Shown here in pieces: positions 57,397 through 64,000 of a stretch of DNA of 64,000 nucleotides (its first letter is position 1; each line of letters starts with the position of its first letter). Under the pieces are notes generated by a model. It did not search any database. It worked only from the letters and a program-made list of their open reading frames with translations, and was not told the DNA's origin. This DNA comes from Perkinsela sp. CCAP 1560/9 (taxonomy: Eukaryota; Protista; Euglenozoa: Kinetoplastea). Position numbers and translations under genes: made by a program. Location: NCBI GenBank assembly GCA_965644495.1, contig CBFFSA010000002.1, positions 558,001-622,000 on the forward strand. Reading direction: 5' to 3'.

Positions 57397-58714
57397 TTAG
57401 CTAGGGAAGCTGGGGTCGCTACGCCCCATCATTCGACAAAAGTCGAATGCTCTGACTGAATATATCATGTCGACCGTACCTATACGCAATCATCACCGGC
57501 GAGGGTACACAAGAATTGGCAAGCTACCTGATCAATCTACCCCAACGTCAACCAGTATGCCGAACGAATGTGCGACAGATGGATCTTCACATGCGAAACA
57601 TACTGGGAAATGGCACCGGTTACGGCACTCTTTCCATCAAAAGGGGGGCAGTCACGTAATTATTGAATGGCACCTGGGGTGCAGCGATGCCCCATTGTTA
57701 TTGTTATTGTTAATAAAACCGTTTGGCCAACGAGGGCTATGGTTTCCCCAGATTAGAGCTGAGGTGCCTCTCGGCGCTCAACCCGCCCGAGAGCAGATCA
57801 TCGCAGCAAGGGTTGTCAGTCGTGCGCCTAAGCTAGGGAGGTGGGGTGCGCTATACCCCTGCGCCTTAGGTAATGCAAATAACGCGCCCCTTGACCAAAA
57901 AAACCACTCTATCTTTTGAGGGTGGACATTCTGCATGTGACGTCTACGTGGATGGCATCCGCTTTGTGGGCACGGATGCTGAGGCGAATAAATTCGCTAG
58001 CTTTGTGGATACCCGATGCCGGGTCGTCGGAGGGGCTTTCAAGGATGTGGGGAAAACTCCGCTGAAGCAATACGTCTTCAACGGCGTGCGTTATGATCAC
58101 GGGATGCATCGGGTAGCTTTGGGTCCGAAGGTAGTGTCGAAGCTCGTAACCGATCAATTTCATCACCCGACTTTTATAGACTTTTATTTGGAGGCGACGG
58201 TGGGGCGTCTCATATAGAAATTCACGCCTCGTTCATTGATAAATATAACCGAAGTAACAAACGAAATCAAAGAATATTGTTGAAATATAACCTGAGCTAA
58301 TTATCAGATCAAAACGTACCTTTATGATATATAGTATATAGCACTCCTTGTAGATATTTCAAAGGCCTTATTATAGAAACGAAACTAATCAACATCTCCT
58401 ACAATATACTTTGTGATCGGGGAACCCATCCCCGACCCGCGGCCAACCACCCGCTCACTCGTCACACATCACCCGTACACCAGTCACCTAATCCGTCGCT
58501 CACCACAGAAAACCTCCTTTTGAACCAAATCGGTCCCACATCCTGAGGGAGCCGGCCTCAGTATGCGAAACCTATTCACTTCAAACATATTCGCGTCTTC
58601 CTTTCCTATGCTCTGCTTCTTCTTTAGTTTTTTTTTTTTGGTTTCTAAATATAACACACAAGACGTAATGACTCGTTTTTGTACTCCAAGCACACAAATC
58701 AATCTTCCCTATTA

Positions 58715-59570
58715 TCAGAACTCTCTGCTGATCGGATCTGCCGGATTTTCTTGACTCTTAACATATGTCGCCTGTAGGCGAATACCCTTGCGCTTAGAAT
58801 GATCCAAAACCTGCACAAGTTCTCCTGCGATCCCGTCGGACTTCGCGATCTTCCTATTAATAGCGGCTTGACAACTCGTGTTGTCAATAAATAGATCGAG
58901 ACACGTTCCCTTAACCAGGTGAGCGTCAAATTTCTCCAGCGCGAGTCGTACCGCCGCCGCCTCTGCCTTGTTAACCTCATACGTGGCGTTGGGCTTCCAC
59001 TTACTCCCTGCGACGAGCATGTCGCCATAATCACAATACATAATGGCCCCCCAACCTTTTCGCGAGGCGTCTGTGTACAGCCTATGACGGTGCTGTACAC
59101 AATCTGGGTGTGGCGGTGGTATGATTGGCTTGTTTTCAATGATTTCGTTACGCCATTCCGCGAGCATGGCCCGAGTTCGAATAGGAAGGTCGACCAGACG
59201 TGTTACCATCCAGGGGCAACGATTCATTAGATTAATCGGTCGTTGGACCAATTTCAAGTCAAAATGATATTGAGGGATAACAATCCCAAGTACAGCCGAG
59301 CAATATACGAGACGCCCCACCGCCGCCTCAAGCTCTGCAAAAGTCACCGAGTAAAACTTGTCCATGCTCAATTTGTGGACGACCTTAGGTCCGAGCGACA
59401 CCTTATGACCAGCATGGTCATAGCGTACACCATTAAATATGTAGTCTTCCGACGGTGCGCTCCCAGCGTCCTTAAACAGCGCCCCCGCTTCCGTACATTT
59501 GCGATCAATAAATGTTGCGTATTCGGCAGCCTCACGACGGGTTCCAGCAAATCTCACCCCGTCGATATAT
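58715..59570 (-). pseudogene. TATE-like RT/RNase H 3' fragment
   Basis: YIDGVRF, LYTDASRKGWG, EVNKAE, FIDNTS, ENPADPISR; paralogous to 57915-58214. Confidence 0.88.
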
Positions 59571-59891
59571 TAATATATAGGGTAGGGGGAACCTCCGATG
59601 AAGCCTCATCGAAGGTGTTTTTGACTTCTTTTTAATTTTTTGAAATCTTCACGGAAAGGTTTTTCGCGGATCCATATAGACATTCTGACTTTTTTGGTGC
59701 TTCATCGAAGTGTTTTGTGAAGCCCCGTAGAGGAATTTCACTGTTTTTTCTGTTTGTCTTCATCGAAGCGTTTTTGACTGATCCATATAAATATTTTGAG
59801 CGACAATCCTGCGGAAGGGGTAAACACAGGTTCTCAGTGCGCGACCCGCGCGCTCCAGCGCGCGGGTCGCCGAAAAATATTATTATGTCCC

Positions 59892-60012
59892 AGGGCTACG
59901 CTCACAGTTGGGCCTTGCTCGCGAACGGGGGCTTTTGCCTCCAGAAGTGGGCTTCGCTCAACGTTGGGCCTTGCTCGCAAACGGCGGCTTTTGCCTCCAG
60001 AAGTGGGCTACG
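59892..60012. repeat. ~54-bp tandem duplication
   Basis: GTTGGGCCTTGCTCGC(G/A)AACGG(G/C)GGCTTTTGCCTCCAGAAGTGGGCT present twice. Confidence 0.8.
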
Positions 60013-60193
60013 GAAACTGAATCTTTAGCTGGAGAAGGATTCAATCCTTGCATGCAGTAATTTTCCGCGCCCAAAACTATTTTTTTTTATTTTTTTTTAT
60101 TTTTTTTTGTTTTCTATTGTTTTTATTTTAGCCAGTCAGATTCATCTCTGAGTCCCAGCAAACTATATAGTTATGTACAAAAAAAAGGAAATA

Positions 60194-60870
60194 TTAATTG
60201 TCTTCCATTGTAACACTGTCAGTCTCACTTGGAACGAAATCATCTTCGCTCATGTAATCTGACGGACAACTACTCAAACTGACGCTGTCCTCAAAATCAT
60301 CTACATCACTTCCGTAATATTCCAGGAAGCACGTGAAAAGGTTTGCCATGCGAACTTGCCACGCGGTCTCTCGCCCGTTGTGGACGTCCCCCAACTTCAC
60401 ACACTGAAGGGCCACATTTCGCATCAATTCCAAGGACGTGGCACCAAAATTGTAGTGCTGTTTCCGCACCCAGTCCTTTATGATGCGATGTGACCCTTCA
60501 GCGGTGTTCGTGTGGTACCCTTGGGAGTTCACAAACTCCACGCTGTGATTCACAGCGTGGTGGCGACAAAAGTCACCCAAAGTGGTGTACGCCCCCCAAC
60601 AGTCGCTAACCACGACAGCCCTCGCACTTGTCAAGTGAGGAAGAATAAAGTTATGACGAGTTTCCGTATCTCTTCGTTTCACTAGCCATGGGTTCTTCCC
60701 ATTTCTTGACCTCGAATCTCGGTAACTGTCGCAAACCACCACCCCCGTTTGCGCTGTCGCCTCCCCCGCTGATATTTCCGTTTCCCTATAAAGGTTTCAT
60801 CAACCTGAATTCGGGAAAATTCGTATTGCTCCATCTGCTCTTGAGCAAGGGCTGCATCCGCCGCGGAGTG
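60194..60870 (-). pseudogene. Merlin/IS1595-like transposase, 5'-truncated and frameshifted (copy 1)
   Basis: VDETFIGKRKYQRGR (other frame), VSDCWGAY, VNHSVEFV..HTNTAEG. Confidence 0.85.
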
Positions 60871-61762
60871 CAGAATAAAAATTTAGTTTATGCGGATCAT
60901 TAATTTTTATAAATCAGAAATTAATCGAACGCAATTTCTTAATTTTTTTCTAAACCAAAGAATTTTTTCTTTTACTCTACTTAAGATGGATTATTTTGTG
61001 AACGTGGATGGACGCCCTTCGAAGAAATTTCTTACAGAAAAGCGCAAATGGTTGATTTCTATGCTGGAGGCAGATGGTGAGAAAATACAAACTTATTTGG
61101 TAATTTATGGGAAGACTATCTCCGTTCAACACGTGCTGCCATGTTTAGTGCAGAGAAAGTATGATGGAGGGGATACATGGCCAATGCTTTATAGAACAAA
61201 GAGAAGCTTTTTGCTCATTGCAGTGCAGCGTATATGCCACTGTATTGTTTGCTAAGGGGGCTTAAGGGGTTCCTGTCTTCTGGGATAAGCAGAACCGTCG
61301 ACTTATGTGGTTTTGCGATGCCAATGGGGCCATTCAATGGCATAAACTCACAGAACAATTTCAAATTTTGAGTCCTGATAGCGCAGAGTCAGGTAACGAA
61401 GAAGAATCGGACTCCAGCGAAGAGGGGTCGACCCTGTCGTTAAAAAAACAGTTATCAGTTTCAATCAAAAACGTAGTATGCGACGCTGTGGACGCCTTGT
61501 CGAAACAATCAGTGAAATATACGAGGCGTGGAAAATCTCTAGGCTCTGAACCGAATTTCAGCACTATCGTTTTGTGCTTACGCGAATTATTTCCAACAAT
61601 TTCCCTGGCACTACCATCTTACAGATCGTACTAACGCCGACCTTTTTTTGAAATAGCGGTCATTTATACGGGATCATTAATTTTTATAATTATACCGTCC
61701 CCCCCTATTTAGTGTTTAGTAGAATTCGGCAAAATTAAACACTAAGTAGGGGAGAGGAAAGA

Positions 61763-62562
61763 TCAATGAAAAAGACGTGAAAAAAAGATAAAAAATGAAA
61801 AAATGAGCGGAAAAAAACGGTGCCGCTTTGCGGCGCCATATTCGTTGATACCGAAACTACACTCGAAAACTTTCGAAACGAACCGAAAATTGTCTTCCAT
61901 TGTAGCACTGTCAGTCTCACTTGGAACGAAATCATCTTCGCTCATGTAATCTGACGGACAACTACTCAAACTGACGCTGTCCTCAAAATCATCTACATCA
62001 CTTCCGTAATATTCCAAGAAGCACGTGAAAAGGTTTGCCATGCGAACTTGCCACGCGGTCTCTCGCCCGTTGTGGACGTCCCCCAACTTCACACACTGAA
62101 GGGCCACATTTCGCATCAATTCCAAGGACGTGGCACCAAAATTGTAGTGCTGTTTCCGCACCCAGTCTTTTATGATGCGATGTGACCCTTCAGCGGTGTT
62201 CGTGTGGTACCCTTGGGAGTTCACAAACTCCACGCTGTGATTCACAGCGTGGTGGCGACAAAAGTCACCCAAAGTGGTGTACGCCCCCCAACAGTCGCTA
62301 ACCACGACAGCCCTCGCACTTGTCAAGTGAGGAAGAATAAAGTTATGAAGAGTTTCCGTATCTCTTCGTTTCACTAGCCATGGGTTCTTCCCATTTCTTG
62401 ACCTCGAATCTCGGTAACTGTCGCAAACCACCACCCCCGTTTGCGCTGTCGCCTCCCCCGCTGATATTTCCGTTTCCCTATAAAGGTTTCATCAACCTGA
62501 ATTCGGGAAAATTCGTATTGCTCCATCTGCTCTTGAGCAAGGGCTGCATCCGCCGCGGAGTG
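61763..62562 (-). pseudogene. Merlin-like transposase, copy 2
   Basis: Same motifs and same frameshift. Confidence 0.85.
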
Positions 62563-63454
62563 CAGAATAAAAATTTAGTTTATGCGGATCATTAATTTTT
62601 ATAAATCAGAAATTAATCGAACGCAATTTCTTAATTTTTTTCTAAACCAAAGAATTTTTTCTTTTACTCTACTTAAGATGGATTATTTTGTGAACGTGGA
62701 TGGACGCCCTTCGAAGAAATTTCTTACAGAAAAGCGCAAATGGTTGATTTCTATGCTGGAGGCAGATGGTGAGAAAATACAAACTTATTTGGTAATTTAT
62801 GGGAAGACTATCTCCGTTCAACACGTGCTGCCATGTTTAGTGCAGAGAAAGTATGATGGAGGGGATACATGGCCAATGCTTTATAGAACAAAGAGAAGCT
62901 TTTTGCTCATTGCAGTGCAGCGTATATGCCACTGTATTGTTTGCTAAGGGGGCTTAAGGGGTTCCTGTCTTCTGGGATAAGCAGAACCGTCGACTTATGT
63001 GGTTTTGCGATGCCAATGGGGCCATTCAATGGCATAAACTCACAGAACAATTTCAAATTTTGAGTCCTGATAGCGCAGAGTCAGGTAACGAAGAAGAATC
63101 GGACTCCAGCGAAGAGGGGTCGACCCTGTCGTTAAAAAAACAGTTATCAGTTTCAATCAAAAACGTAGTATGCGACGCTGTGGACGCCTTGTCGAAACAA
63201 TCAGTGAAATATACGAGGCGTGGAAAATCTCTAGGCTCTGAACCGAATTTCAGCACTATCGTTTTGTGCTTACGCGAATTATTTCCAACAATTTCCCTGG
63301 CACTACCATCTTACAGATCGTACTAACGCCGACCTTTTTTTGAAATAGCGGTCATTTATACGGGATCATTAATTTTTATAATTATACCGTCCCCCCCTAT
63401 TTAGTGTTTAGTAGAATTCGGCAAAATTAAACACTAAGTAGGGGAGAGGAAAGA

Positions 63455-64000
63455 TCAATGAAAAAGACGTGAAAAAAAGATAAAAAATGAAAAAATGAGC
63501 GGAAAAAAACGGTGCCGCTTTGCGGCGCCATATTCGTTGATACCGAAACTACACTCGAAAACTTTCGAAACGAACCGAAAATTGTCTTCCATTGTAACAC
63601 TGTCAGTCTCATTTGGAACGAAATCATCTTCGCTCATGTAATCTGACGGACAACTACTCAAACTGACGCTGTCCTCAAAATCATCTACATCACTTCCGTA
63701 ATATTCCAGGAAGCACGTGAAAAGGTTTGCCATGCGAACTTGCCACGCGGTCTCTCGCCCGTTGTGGACGTCCCCCAACTTCACACACTGAAGGGCCACA
63801 TTTCGCATCAATTCCAAGGACGTGGCACCAAAATTGTAGTGCTGTTTCCGCACCCAGTCCTTTATGATGCGATGTGACCCTTCAGCGGTGTTCGTGTGGT
63901 ACCCTTGGGAGTTCACAAACTCCACGCTGTGATTCACAGCGTGGTGGCGACAAAAGTCACCCAAAGTGGTGTACGCCCCCCAACAGTCGCTAACCACGAC
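63455..64000 (-). pseudogene. Merlin-like transposase, copy 3 (partial)
   Basis: Same motifs; truncated by the window end. Confidence 0.85.

Larger units (their letters stand above)
54729..58214 (+). mobile_element. Degraded TATE-like YR retrotransposon (gag-CCHC, YR, RT fragments) with two insertions
   Basis: CYNCRQTGHFRADC; ALQAQGA..ICWKAAARWTEV..TKSTRLNPYRP; VYVDGIRFVG. Confidence 0.8.
60197..64000. repeat. 1692-bp tandem repeat (>=2.2 copies, runs off the window)
   Basis: ORF offsets 60890/62582, 61305/62997 and 61763/63455 all equal 1692; only a few substitutions. Confidence 0.95.

Overview
Eukaryotic, almost entirely transposable-element DNA, most likely from a non-trypanosomatid kinetoplastid or related euglenozoan. 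The evidence is a spliced-leader (SL) exon with the ACAGTTTCTGTAC core, CRE/SLACS-clade retrotransposons and VIPER/TATE-type YR retroelements. The most striking structure is at 1-12917: a head-to-tail stack of five retroposed units. The four complete units each begin with the SL-like 36-mer CTTTAACGATAAAGATACAGTTTCTGTACCTTGTTG, and all five end in poly(A). Three units are diverged CRE-clade RT/RLE elements: one carries tandem 2A-like (StopGo) motifs and one carries an Ataxin-2/Pbp1 LsmAD-like N-terminus. The other two units have no RT: one is a structured-RNA unit and one carries an orphan 247-aa ORF. Three of the units share a covarying 3' RNA fold. A poly(A)-only insertion with a 12-bp duplication inside one SL copy suggests the SL itself is the target site. 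Further on are a HERO-like RLE element with five Mer3/HFM1-like Cys/His motifs, a gag-YR-RT/RNaseH element, a fifth SL copy (minus strand, GT retained) heading a densely structured RNA, and a tRNA-derived SINE interrupting a TATE-like recombinase. The rest is many nested DNA transposons (Tc1-like, pogo, hAT, Merlin, MITEs), ending in a 1692-bp tandem repeat. All family calls come from motif recognition by eye; no database search or folding program was run.
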